From: Eledone cirrhosa | Lineage: Eukaryota | Assembly (NCBI GenBank): GCA_964016885.1 | Contig: OZ024745.1 | Span: 80,104,001-80,168,000 of the forward strand | Direction of reading: 5' to 3' | Length of the DNA: 64,000 bases | Part shown: piece after piece, positions 12,645-25,544 of the stretch | Layout of the letters: the number at the start of each line of letters is the position of its first letter | How positions within the stretch are numbered: the stretch's first letter is position 1 | Made by a program: the position numbers and the translations under genes | Notes under the pieces: model-generated | The model's database searches: none | Seen by the model: only the letters and a program-made list of their open reading frames with translations | Told to the model about the DNA's origin: nothing

Positions 12645-12855
12645 CTGAAAAAAAACAAAAAAAAATATACATCAGGCTTTGTAAAATATTTGAATAATTA
12701 AAATCTTGTATACGCTTAAATCCTATTTACCCACTGTTTTCATAATTCTATATTGCTTTGTTAGGTTTCTATCTGTACTTCAAATATAGAAATTTGATGG
12801 CTTATAACTAATAAAATTTTGTTGGAGGAAAGCACAAGTCCTGTTCATTATTTAC

Positions 12856-13049
12856 AGGGCGGTGGATTGGCAGTATCGGTAGAGGGCCGGACGCCATGCT
12901 TTGACGCATAGAGTTACGTCCCTTGCCATTCTGAGTTCAAATCCCGCCAAGGTTAACTTTGCCTTTCATCCTTACGGGGATCGATAAAATAAAGTACCAG
13001 TAATGCACTGGGTAATTGCTGGCCTTGTGCCTAAAGTAGAAACAATTAT
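12856..13049 (+). mobile_element. SINE family A in IAP intron 4
   Basis: Full-length copy, inverted relative to 10646-10836. Confidence 0.85.
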
Positions 13050-13910
13050 TTACATGAACAGTATCGACATGCACAGCCAGGTTGGAAGTGGTATCATGAC
13101 TGGCGGGTGTAAAATCAGACAATTGGAATTTGCAGACGACATGATGTTACTTAACTCGGCAGAAGGTGATCTCCAACTTGCACACGACAGATTTGATGCC
13201 GAGTGCTGCATGGCTGGAATGAAAATCAGTGCTGCAAAACCTGAGATGCTCATCCTCTCAAGGAAGCCTGCACAGTGAACTCTACATTTAAATGGAGTTC
13301 CACTGAAACAGGTAGAGAAGTTCAAGTATCTTGGGGCTGTGTTCATGAGTGATGGAAGGCAAGAGGCTGAATTAAGTGCAAGAATTGCAGGAGCTGGTGC
13401 AGTAATGTGCAGCTTCAGCATTCAGTTATCAGAAAAAAGGAGGTGGGTGTAAAAGCCAAACTCACTATCTTCAATTCAGTATTCGTGCTAACCCTTACCT
13501 ATGGTCATGAATCTTGAGTAATGACCGAAAGAATACAAGTGACCGAAATGAGGTTCCTCCAAAGGGTCTTTGGAGGAACGTTACTTAATAGAGTGTGTAG
13601 CTTGGAGATCAGAGAGTCACTCCTGGTAGAGCCACTACTTCTCCAAATTGAGAGATCACAGCTCCAATACTATGGGCATGTGGTTGGAATGTCTCAGGAA
13701 AGAATTGCTGGACAGATTTTACAAGCAAAACCAACCGGCATGGAGACCCAGAGCAAGATAGTTAGATAACATCCATGAGCTTGGCTGGTCTCACTTGGAG
13801 ATCCAGTCGGATCTGTTGGAGATGGTTGCTTCTGGACCAGCTGGAAGGAGTATTTGAGGACTCTGCCCCTACAACCCTCTCAGGAATAAGTGGGCCAAGA
13901 AGAAGAAAGT
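13050..13910 (+). mobile_element. Old Rex3/Expander-like RTE LINE 3' fragment
   Basis: LEFADD, GMKIS, FKYLG, PTLTYGHES-type motif, VEPLLLQIERSQL.YYGHV. Confidence 0.8.
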
Positions 13911-14264
13911 ATTTATTAAAGCATAAAGTATTTATTAAAGCTTATCAGCCTCATTTTATAATTTCAGTTTGAATCAGAAATATTAATGTGTAAACCAAAT
14001 AATAAAAAACCCTAGTGGTAGCAGTGCATTTTGTTTTTGACAATATCATTGCCTTCTAATCTATTTGACCCTACAGTTGGTATATTTTTACAGATTAGTT
14101 CTGAAAATTTGACCCTACAGTTGGTACATTTTTACATAATAGTTCTGAAACTTCATTAACAAAGGAGTTACTAAACAGTTATATTCACTCTTCCTTGAAA
14201 AACTTGCTAAAAGAAGACCAATTAATCAGAAATTCATGTTTAACTTAATGGATATGATGATGAA

Positions 14265-16230
14265 TTACTCAAGCTTTTGTAGAAAGACTTCATAAATACA
14301 TTAGTGCAACAAAAAGCTCTCCATTAATCCCATGTTCCTACAGAACCTTCCCCAACAAGTCTCATGGGATGTGATTGGATGCATTTTTGAGGTTAACAAA
14401 ACAAGCATACACCTCTTGGCAATACTCCCACGGTTCTTTCAAAGACTTGCCAAAGTGTGAATATTTGGTTGGCTGTACTTCGTCAGGGGCAAAATCAATG
14501 CTTGGACTCAACAATATCCCTATATATCTCTTTGCTAGACACTTAGCATACACTTTACCAGGGATGCTTCCAAGGAGATCCCCTTATAATTGGAGTAATT
14601 TCTTCTGTCTCCTTTTTTGAAAATTGGGATTATCATTCCTGATTGCCATTGCTTAAGTGCTTTTCCAGAGATCCAGGCCACCCAACACACATGATTCAGC
14701 CAGAGAATATCTTCTCTATTTAAGGTTTTTAACATCTCGGACCAAACTTGATTCTCCCCAGAGGCCTTGCCACATCTGAGCTCTTTAATTGTTTTAGTGA
14801 CTTCAGCCTCCGTGAGGTCAGTCATCGCTCGAAGATGCACCTCAAGTACATCAGATGTGACTGGATTTAGGAAATCAGCAAAGTAGTCTCTCCACCTCAT
14901 GAGGATACACCTCTGTAAAGAGAAGAGAACTCCAGATGAGTTCCTGATAATAGGTTTGGAGGGGAACTTCTTATTAAGAAGTTGGCAGATGGTCTGCCAG
15001 AACACTTTATTTGCCGATCTGAAAAGTCAATTCCAGCTTAACCCCAAAGTCTTCCCATATCTTAAATGTGGACACCTTTAGTATCTCTGCTAGGACTTTT
15101 TGTGCCTGCTTGTACTGCAAGTGCAAAAAGGAAAACATTTTTCCAAGCTAAGCTTTGTAAGCTCCCTTCTTGACTTGGATGGCATCTTTAACCACCTCAT
15201 TGAACCAATGGGTCTTCCTGCCACCTGGCACCACACCAAGCCACTTCTGCCCACAGCATTTAACAACTAAAGCAGAAACTGCTGAGCTGAACAGTTTCCA
15301 CTCCATTTCAACATCCTCAGTTTGTTCAGGGTGTTCTCTGAATTTGGATGCTATAGTATCTATATACATGTTCCTAACTTCCTTATCAGCCAGTGCTTGC
15401 CAGTTTTTTGTGTTTTCTTAGCTTTATGTAATCTTAGGTTGCAGATAACTAGGTGATCAGTTGACAGCTCAGCCTCTCTCTTAACACGAACAGCCAACAT
15501 AATCAAAGAGATGAGAGACAATAAGAAAATCAATTATTGATCTCTGATTTCTGTTCAGACAAATGGTGCTAAGTAGCACTACTACTTCTCCTATTCATAA
15601 ACTTCATGGACTAGATAATGCACAGCCATGTTAGAAGTGAGATCAAGACTGATGGATGTAGGATCATTCTGCTGGAATTTGTAGCTGATATAGTACTACT
15701 TAACTCATCAGAAGGTTATCTCCAACATGCACTTGATAGGTTTGCTGCTGAGTGCTGTATGACAGGAATGAAAATCAGTGCTGTGAAGACTGAGACACTT
15801 GTCTTCTCAAGGAAGACTGCATATTACACTCTACGTGTGAGTGAAGTTTCACTGAAGCAAAGGAGTAGTAAAAGTATTTCGGGGTCATTTTCACGGGTGA
15901 TGGAAAGCTGGAGGCTGAATTATGTGCAAGACTTGCAGAAGCTGGTGCAGTAATGTGCCAGGTTCAGCATTCAATCATCAAAAGAAAGGAGCCAAACTCA
16001 CTATCTTTAATCAGGTATTCGTGCCAACACTTACCTATGGTCATGAATCTTGGGTAATGGGGTTCCTCCAATGGGTCTTTGGAGTAAAATTACTTGATAG
16101 AGCGGGTAGCTCAGAGATCAGAGAGTTGCATATTTAACAGCTATTTCTCCAAATTGAGAGATCACAGCTCTGATACTATGGACGTGTGGTCGAAATATCT
16201 GAGGAGAGAATCATTGGACAGATTCATAAA
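14265..16230. mobile_element. Rex3/Expander-like RTE with 5' inversion (minus about 14265-15555, plus about 15560-16230)
   Basis: The minus part encodes the end of APE to mid-RT (IPIFKKGDRRNYSNYKGISL, VYACFVNLKNA); the plus part continues from the LSPLLF region to the C-terminus. Confidence 0.7.
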
Positions 16231-16393
16231 ATGTGATGGTGGTGATGATAGTGGTGGTGGTGGTGATGATAGTGGTGGTGGTGGTGATGATGGTAGTGAT
16301 TGTGCTGATGATGATGAATTAAACACAAATATCGGATAGCTTCATTTTGTATATTGAAAATAATTAAGAAAACAAAACAATAAGTAGGTTTAC

Positions 16394-16522
16394 CTGTTTC
16401 TTTGATTTTATTTTTCACTACTCTTTTGACTACATTTCGTTTATAACCCATAGATAAAACAGCCAGAACTGGAGGTGTATCCAGACAGGAATATTTAAGA
16501 TATCGAGATTTCGGGAGAATAC
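16394..16522 (-). CDS. IAP exon 4: UBA domain, first part
   Basis: aattttAG acceptor, GTAAAC donor, 129 nt, phase 1 to 1. LDTPPVLAVLSMGYKRNVVKRVVKNKIKETG contains the IAP-UBA MG(F/Y) motif. Confidence 0.9.
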
Positions 16523-16839
16523 CTAAAATTTAAAATAGAATTAAAACTTCATTAGAAAATTATATTTAAATTAATAAAATAAAGATGACATTTGACCATT
16601 TCTTTGAGTGTTTTTTTTATCTGTTTCTGAACATAGCTTGCAGTAACAGTCTCGCAAGGATGGTGTTCTGGAAAAGTGTCTTGTTGCTTGCTCAAAGAAG
16701 TATAAAGTTTTTAAGAGATGGGAAGTTGAGGTTGTTCGTATTAAGAGCAGAAAATAGCTGCTACTGAGAATTGACACCAGGAGGTCAAAAATATGCAGAG
16801 GGGAGGTGCAACCAACAGAGTGAGAGTTGGCAAAGGGCA

Positions 16840-17560
16840 AGGTGATGAAGTTGAAGTCCTTAATCTACTTCTGTTTATTGTTTTTCAAGCCATAATGGAA
16901 GAGTTTGAGACTGGCACTCCATGAAAGCTCCTGTATACCAATGAGCTGGTCTTTATAGCTGAATTGATGTAGGAGTTTGTGGCAAAAATTGTGACATGAA
17001 GGAGGATTCTAGAATTGAGAAGCTTAAAAGTAAGCTTAGCAAAGACTAAAGTTTTAATAAGTAGGAAGGCAGACAGGAACCTGATATTGTCAGCGATGTG
17101 TTCTTGTTCAATATATCAAAAAGGGGTAGACAGAAATTCTGCAAGATGTATACAGTGTAATCTATGGACACACAAGAGATGTAGTGGAATTACAGGTAGG
17201 TTAACAGAGAAGATAGACTTTGTATGTGGCAGATGCCTGAAAGAAGAAAGCATTAAAGAACATATGAAACAAATACCCTCAAGAGTTGCAAAGGAGGCTC
17301 CCTAGAAGTTGTTCATGACTTTTGTTACCTGGGTGACCTAGTCTGCTGTGGGGGATGCTCTAAATGTGTGGTAGCCAGAGTGAGAATTAGCTGGAGGATT
17401 TCTTTCTTGGAGTAAAAAGTAGGATGTGCGATACCTGCATGATAGTGAGACATGGATCTGCAAAGAAGGTGGAGTGAGTATGTCCCGATAACTGTGTGGT
17501 ATTGGTGTGCATGAACAACATGGCACAGGAGTGCTGACATGAGAAGTCTGTCTACAAGAT
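16840..17560 (+). mobile_element. Degenerate RTE (PHD-type) fragment
   Basis: LKVSLAKTKVL...[17 protein letters not shown]...FVCGRC; a further 3' piece lies at about 19660-20275. Confidence 0.75.
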
Positions 17561-18056
17561 AGTAATCAAGACAATGTAGATTTGTTTCCTATTAAATTGA
17601 TAAGTTAATCTAAACCCCAATCTAGTCTGAATGAAGTTTGAGTGCTAAAGAGTGTTTTGAAAACTGAAGATTAAGCTCTAGATTAATGTATACCAGTCAC
17701 TTCCTGTTAACATCCACTGACAGAGTCTACCCAGGTCATCAATGCTAACATGAACAAACTTATAAAAAGATCTTTTGAGAAGTTTTTACTTGTGTTTTAC
17801 AGGTATTGTATTTTGATTGTTCGAGGGTTTTGGTCATCTAAACTTTCTATATTCTATCTTTTATTCTTTCACTATTAAAATTTAATTCTTGATGAGCTAT
17901 CGGATTCTCATTTTAATAAGGACAGAATTCTTTAGTTGTTAACAAGAATAACACAGAAATAATATTAACATTTTGATGAACAGTATACATTTTAATTATA
18001 AACAGTAAATAAGACATTTTTAGAATTTACAGACATTGTTTTGTATATTTTCTTAC

Positions 18057-18159
18057 CTGAAGTTGGAGTATTTGGGAAAGATGTAACATCTTCAATAGTT
18101 GTTGATCCTTCAGTTGGCTCAGCAGAACCATCTGGAACTGAACTAGCATTATCTAATAC
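18057..18159 (-). CDS. IAP exon 3: S/T/P-rich linker
   Basis: ttatcttaaAG acceptor, GTAAGA donor, 103 nt, phase 0 to 1, open frame VLDNASSVPDGSAEPTEGSTTIEDVTSFPNTPTS; phases match both neighbouring exons. Confidence 0.85.
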
Positions 18160-18384
18160 CTTTAAGATAAAAAATGTTATAATTTCAACAAATATACTTG
18201 TCAGTAATGCCTCAATGGTAGGGTCAGATACATACTTTTCACTGTCAATTTGTAGAAATTACAGGAAAAATATGGAAAAGTCAAGCTATTAGATAACTAG
18301 CTAATTAAAAACCTGCAATTAGTCTTGTGTAGTATTTGTAATTAGTATTTTATCTTTCAGGTTTTCCAACTTTTGCAGATGAAC

Positions 18385-18819
18385 CTGTCCCAACAACTGT
18401 CATGTGTTGGTGACCAAGATAGATACAATTTGAAAATATTTGGTATTCTACCAATATCTCATTTTCTGGCAAGGATAAAATCTATTTGACTGGTGATTAA
18501 GTGATTGTCTGGCTTTTTAAAGTTTGTGTTACAGATAGATATGTCATTAGCATCACAGAACTCCAGGAGCCTGAAACCTTCCTCATTTCTAGTACCAAAC
18601 CCATAACCTCCATGGATCTCATCAAAGCCATCGCAGTGTTGCATTATGTCCATTAAAGTTGCCTGCAATTATTATGAAGTCACTGTTGGTTATTTGGGAA
18701 GTAGTGAACATTAGGGACTCATAGAACCCGTTTTTTAGTATGCCTGGCAGTCCAGATTGAGGTGCATATGCAGATATAATTGTCACGGTTGGTCTATTTA
18801 GTACAAGTTTAAACAACAA
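18385..18819 (-). mobile_element. RTE apurinic endonuclease domain remnant
   Basis: TIISAYAPQSG, GNFNGH, HGGYGFGTRNEEG..LLEFC, NTNFKK, SQIDFIL. Confidence 0.8.
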
Positions 18820-20524
18820 AGGAATAACTCATAATTAATAGCTCTGGTAAATAACATTTACCAATAGCTAAACAATTCATACTGTGTGAAGTTTATTGCT
18901 AAACTTGTTAATGTATACACTCATTTTCAACAGCTAAAGAATCAATTTAAACTTTTATTAGAAGATTAAGTAACAACTTGATGAAAAACTATTGAGCACC
19001 TATTTTCTAAATGTCTGAATGTAATTGTTAATAAGATATAATTTTCCAAACTATTAACCTCATCTTTCAACATGAAACAGTTTTTAAATTTTATATTTAC
19101 AGAAAGGGTGGGGGATTAGCAGAATTAGTGGAGAATCAGATAAAATGCCATTGCAATATTTGTTCTGGCTCTTTACATTCTGAGTTCAAATCCTGCCACA
19201 GTCAACTTTGCCTTTCCCCTAAATTTGGTGGCCTTCTGCCTAAATTATTTATATTTACATTTTGCTTTGATCATCTAGTATCATATTTCTAGAAGTCAAC
19301 ACAGTAATATACTGGATTTCAAACTAAGAATTTTTATTTCTAAACTAAAATAATAATAGTCTTATCCACTGGTTCACTGATATAACTTGCTCGAGATCAA
19401 GTATTACATTAAATACTTCTTCCAGATATTTCATTGCTCATGTCTTCTCTATGGATGTAACATTTGTTCCCTATGGATTTAGAATCTCTAGAAACTGATG
19501 CATTTGATATTCAGGTACATTACTCTGGAAAGCTACAGTCAGCCATGCTTAAGACATGCTACTAATTTAATTGACAGTGTTTGTTGTGTTGATATCATCT
19601 GGACACTTTTATTTATGCTGTCTTTAATTCTATCCCATATCTGGATTTCTGAAATTAGGCATAACAGGGATCAAATGCAGTGTGCAGGAGAGGAGATTGT
19701 GTTGGTATGGACATGTGATGCATATGAAGGATGACAGCTTTATAAAAAGGTGCAGAACACTCAAGTTGATGGAAGCTGTGGAGTAGGAAGACCTGAGATG
19801 AGGTGATAAAAGCTAACCTTGCACAATTTCACATCTCAAAGGCAATGTCACAAAACCAAGATCTCTGGTGTTATGCAGTAATACAAAAGACCTGCCAACC
19901 CTTGTGCAAGTGTTGAAGCATACATTTAGTATGCAGCACCTTCATCACCCACGTCTTAACACCCCTCCCTCACCCACATACCTAGATCTACTTCCCCCAA
20001 TCAAGTCCTCAGTCTACATGGTTGAAACATACATCTAGTATGAAGCACCAATCCCCTTGCACCTCACCCATCCAACACTGTAAAGTGGTCGTTTTGGTGA
20101 CATGACAAAAAGTACCTAGTACACACTGTAAATGTGGTTGGCATTAGGAAGGGCATCCAACCATAGAAACAAGCCAAAATCAATTCTGTATGAGCAAGAT
20201 ATAGTCATTGGACCTGGCTTGTCTCACAAGTGGACAATTCGTCTAACCCATGCTAGCATGGAAAATGTACATTAACACTTTAGCATTCACATTACTCTAT
20301 ATATACTATTATATTTTCATGCTAAATGCTTTATCTCACATAATATCAAATCTATGAGATTTTGAAAGTATTTATTTTGAGAACAATACCTTAACATCAA
20401 TTTGAGCGACTAGTTACAGCCAGTTTCAACAGAAAGAGGTAGAAAATTCTGGCCGGTTTTGGCCAGTTTGAATATTAAAGGGTTAAATGGTGATGATGAT
20501 GATGATTTTATTATTTTTACTTAC

Positions 20525-20706
20525 TTGGTTATATGAAGATGCTTTATTTTTCATACTTGCTGATGCGATGTACTTGGAATCTTTCATCTGTTGTACAAAA
20601 GTACACCTTGGAAACCACCGAGCATGTTCGTGCCATGGTTGGTCATCATCATCCCAATTACATAAACCACCATCACAGCTAAAACATATAACTGTATCAA
20701 ACTTTC
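20525..20706 (-). CDS. IAP exon 2: second half of BIR4
   Basis: cctacAG acceptor, GTAAGT donor, 182 nt, phase 1 to 0. GKFDTVICFSCDGGLCNWDDDDQPWHEHARWFPRCTFV is a canonical type-II (IBM-binding-like) BIR. Confidence 0.95.
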
Positions 20707-22254
20707 CTGTAGGCCAATAGAAAAACAAAAGTAAACAATTTAAAATTGAAGGATTTTTCTTAAGAATCAAGAAAGACAACTCTGGTGGGACTAGAACTTA
20801 GAATGAAATTAAGCCCTCGTAGAACTAGAACTCAGAATAAAACTAAGCCCCACTGTAACTAGGGCTCAGAATAAAACTACCATATATACTCGAATATATA
20901 TATATATAATTTAGGGATTGTAACCAGAGTGAGCATTCGATGCAGTTTCCAGTAGATATATTGGTGTTGTACTAAGCAGAGTGTAATACTAATAACAATG
21001 AAAAGGATGAAGTGTTAGGTCTTCATTACATTGAACTTCTGTTATAGTAATGTCAGAATGATTCAGTCATTACCATAACAGAAATCCAATGAGTTATTGA
21101 TTCTAGAGTTGGGCCAGATCGAGCCTTGAGCTGATCAATTGCGAAACGCGTGTCACACCTCAATTAACGTAATGAAGATCTAACACTTTGTCTTTTTTAT
21201 TATTATTAGTATATATATATATATGTCGAAGAAATAGGCAAAAATCCAAACCCTGTTTATAAGATGAGGCAGGTAATCAACACATGTTTAAATGGTCTGG
21301 TTTTGAAATTCTCATGTGTGGAGAATATACTTATGAAGTTTTAATATTTTGATATCTAAAATGCTTTAAGTGTTGTTCAAAGTATAGTTGTTGTTTCACA
21401 ACTCCATTACATAATGATTTTTTTCCTATTTCTGACTGTTTATAAAACATAAAAAACAATAGGAAATATGAATTTCACGATGGAAGTGAAACTAGTTTAA
21501 TATTCACCTCCAAAACGCAAATATTTTAGCATCTCAAAAGGTTGAGAAACACTGGATTAGAGAACAGTTTTTGTTTCACAACTCCCTTGCATAATGATTT
21601 TTTTTTTTTACCAATTTCCAACTGATTTGAAGGCCATATTCATTCAAAATATTAAAAAAAAAACAATATGAAATACGAATTTGTAATATTCACCTCCAAA
21701 ATGAAACCTGTGTACATTTACATAGAATTTTGAAGTTGGTGAAAAATGGCAAAATATCAACCTTGAATATAATCTGACCCTCCATTTTACCATAGATTTT
21801 TTGGTCACATATTTCTCTGCTTATATATGAGTATATACAGTAAATACTGATTCTAGTATATACAGTAAATACTGATTCTAACAGCCATCACTTTTGAAGA
21901 TAACAAGTTAGTGTTTATTTAGTAACAACAGAACAGTTAAGTGTAAATGCTGAGTTGAAGGAACAAGTCTAAACTCCCCAACCAAATCCTTTGAGTTGAT
22001 ATAATCCAAAGAGAATTTAAGAGCAATAAATAAGTTGTTCAGACAGTTTAGAAAAGCAGAATGTCTTTTTTTTTTCACTGAGACTTATGATAGCTAAAAT
22101 TCTAACTATGGTATATTATGGAATATTTGTAGATTTCATTAAAAAATAAAATTGAACATTCATTTATTTATTTCAGCCCAGAGAGCTACTTTGAAGTATG
22201 TATATTTATAGGTGGATGATTGTCTTTTATCAACACCAACCAAGATCTGAATAT

Positions 22255-22730
22255 GTACAAAATTTCTTCCGAGGAAGTTCAGTGATGAACAGGAAAGATG
22301 CATTACCTCCAATCACAAGAGGATTTGAGTTTCTGGTGACCAGTGACGAAAGTCAGAGTGCCAATGGAAGCCTCATGGTTCCCCCAGACCTGAGAAAGCC
22401 AGTCGACCGAGAAGCTCATGACTATCCTCTTTTTCGATAGTAAGAGAATTATCAAGATTCACTGGGTTCCCTCTGGTTAAATGGTCAACAAAGAGTATTT
22501 TCTGGAGGTGTTGAGGGAGTTCAGGAAGGCTAAAGCTTTTCCACTTGGGTTAGTGGCACCAGCAAAATCCACCAGTCCACAATTCCATCCTGGTAACCAC
22601 CTACTTGACAGTGATGGGCATCAAAACTGTCTCTCACTGTCCCTACTTTCCAGACCTTGCTCCCTGTGACTTTTGGTTGTTACCCAAACTGAAGGAAAAC
22701 CTCAGAGGCAGTAATTTTGAAGACATTTTG
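22255..22730 (+). mobile_element. mariner transposase remnant
   Basis: LVTSDES, VNKEYFLEVLREFR, SPDLAPCDFWLLPKLKENLRG motifs. Confidence 0.8.
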
Positions 22731-22894
22731 AAATTCTTTTAAGCAGGAATATTACTTCACTTTTGGCCTATATCTGGAGTTTAAAAGACAAAAACCGCCA
22801 ATATAAGTTCCACTGGGAGATCCTATAATGGCAATAAAATACCTTGCGATCTTTATGTTGCTGAAGCTTTAGAAATCCTTTATACCAATGGATG

Positions 22895-22976
22895 TATTGG
22901 GTTGTAACATAAATTCCCGCCGTTGTTTATTAAGAAGTTTTATAACAACGGCGAGAATTTATGTTACAACCCAATA
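22895..22976. mobile_element. mariner-type MITE, almost entirely terminal inverted repeat
   Basis: TA-TTGGGTTGTAACATAAATTC(C)CGCCGTTGTT ... AACAACGGCGAGAATTTATGTTACAACCCAA-TA. Confidence 0.8.
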
Positions 22977-23419
22977 TTTTAAACAAAGATCTGTGGAAAC
23001 TGGTTTGCAAACATAAACTATATAAAACTTTCTTATAATACAGCCCAACATTGTATCCTTATGGAAAGTATGAATTTATATCTCAACAGTATGTAGATGA
23101 TATATGCTATGATGCAGTAATTAAGAACAACCAAACTTTATACTTTTTTATATATATATTTTCTATATTCTATACTTTTGCACATGTAATATATGCATGC
23201 ATCTATGTTTGTAAGCGCATACCTATGTACGACAACAAATAGCTTATCATTACTCCTTACTTTGAAAATATTTACCTTAATTATTGTTATATTATTATAA
23301 TTACTATTATTATTATTATTATCATTATACCACCATGATTATTATTATTATCATTATTATTCATAATCATTTACACGATGATGATCTTATTAACACTGGA
23401 TCATTTAATTGACTCCTTA

Positions 23420-23830
23420 TAAAGTTATGTAACCTCAGATAGTCAGGAACCTCTGCAAGGTGTTTGCTGCCCCAAATGTATTGTTTTCTACCATGTTGTA
23501 AAGCTGGAGCTGATTCCAATTCTATCAAGGTTTTACTGGAGGCTTTCTTTTACCACCCCAAGTGCACCAATCACAATTGGTACCACTCATGTTTTCATAT
23601 TCCATATTCTCTCAACATCTATTTTCGAGTCTGCATGCTTTACGATTTCTTTATCATTGATGTAATGTTCTCCTAGATAAGCTACATCAATCAACAAACA
23701 TCTCCTTTCAATACCTTTCTCCACCAGAGTTATGTTGGGCCCTGTGTTTTCAAGAACTGTATCTGTCTCAATTGCAAAGTCCCATAAGAGTTTCACAGTC
23801 TTATTTTCTAGGACCTTCTCTGGAAAGTGG
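23420..23830 (-). mobile_element. R4/Dong-like non-LTR remnant (RLE domain)
   Basis: KLLWDFAIETD..LE...P.ITLV....CLLIDVA, followed by PIVIGALG-type sequence. Confidence 0.65.
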
Positions 23831-25544
23831 ATATTAAATAATGATGATTATGATGTGCAAGAGATAAAACTGTGTTAGTACAGACATGGAATGCAAATAG
23901 ATGATGCCCATTGATCAGAGAAGTAATAAGAAATCGGGAAGAAAAAAAAACAAGAAAGACATGACAACAAATGATGAAATGTGATTTCAGGATATTGAAC
24001 CTCACAAAGGAGATGATAAAATGATGGTTTATACAGCTGGGCATCCTTCCTAATGGCAGTCACTTTACAGAGTGTACTGGGTGCATTCTATTGTGATACC
24101 AGCAGTAAAGAGGTTGTCACGTCCTTTACTTGACTGAATGCTGTGTTAGAGAGGACCTATGCAAACATGGAAAAATTAATGTAAAGATGATAATAATATT
24201 ATAGACTGTGAAGCTAGCATGCGTAGATAGTTATAAAGTAATGAAATGTATTGCTTTGAGACCTTTTACTCACTGAGTCAGATGACAATATGATTTAAAG
24301 ACAAATGGTAGTGGAATAATTTTGAAAATGTTGAAGCAAATGATGTATGAGACTGGAATGATTTCTGATTTACAGAAAATGTAAATCGGTTCTCAACTAA
24401 CATAGGGTTATAGTTATTTGTTGTGATGGTTCTGAAAAAACTGTTGTAGACTTGTGTTACATTTCTTAACTGATATGAGACTTCTACAGTTTTTCAAAAT
24501 GAATCTTTTCTCATTACATTTCTGACAATAAATCATCATCAATTATACTAATCTCTAGGGTGGTACCCCAGCATGGCCTCAGCTGGATGGTTGGAACAGG
24601 TAAAAGAGTAACAAATATTGCTCAGTCTTTTAATTTTACCTTGATGTATGATGTACAAATGTGGTGAATTGACAGAGTCATTAGAAGGTTGGATAGAATG
24701 CTTTGCAGTATTTGTTCCAGCTTTCTGTTCTCTGAATTCAAATCCCGCCAAGGTCAACCATGCCTTTCGTCCTTTTGCAGTTGATAAAAAAGTACCAGTC
24801 TAGTACTGGGGTCGATTCTTCCTCTGTATCTCATTTTAACTTCCTTCTTTCATTTTATATCCTTCTCTGGAAGGAATCTGCTGTGTTCAGACCGAAGAGG
24901 AAATGTGCTCTACCAGGTTAAAAAATGCCATATGTCAATATGCACCCCTATAATTCCATCAGGAGTTACGGGTTTATAAATATGTGTTGTACAAATTCAT
25001 CAGAAATTGCACCAGAAGATGGCAATTCTAAAGATTAAAAACATAGTATAGCCTCTGTAGTCATTCACATTGCTAGAAACAGCAGCTAAATTATGTTCTA
25101 CTGTCTTTCAAAATGGAAAAAAAAACAAAACAGGACAGTATAATCTGAATGCCCATGATAATAGAGCTGCTCAATCACGTCTAAGCTGAAGTTAAATAAT
25201 AATAGCAACAACAACTGCAGCAAAGTAAATATAAACTCAAAAGATAAAAATAAAAGACCGATTGTTCTGTAGCTCATTAATCTGATTAATATTTTTGTTT
25301 CCTGTAAGTGAATAAAATAAATAAAGGGTAATTCTAAATTTTCAGGAACACACTAGACATAAGGATAAGGTTAATGATTTGATTATCTACTCAAATCTTT
25401 TAGTTATTGTGTCAATGGGGAAGATGTATATTTATCAACAATATGCAAAATATTCAAAACCATGTTATACAATTTAGCAAATTGGAATTAATATTATAAA
25501 AAAAATTAATCAACGACAAAAACATAAAAATTGTGTTCACCTAC

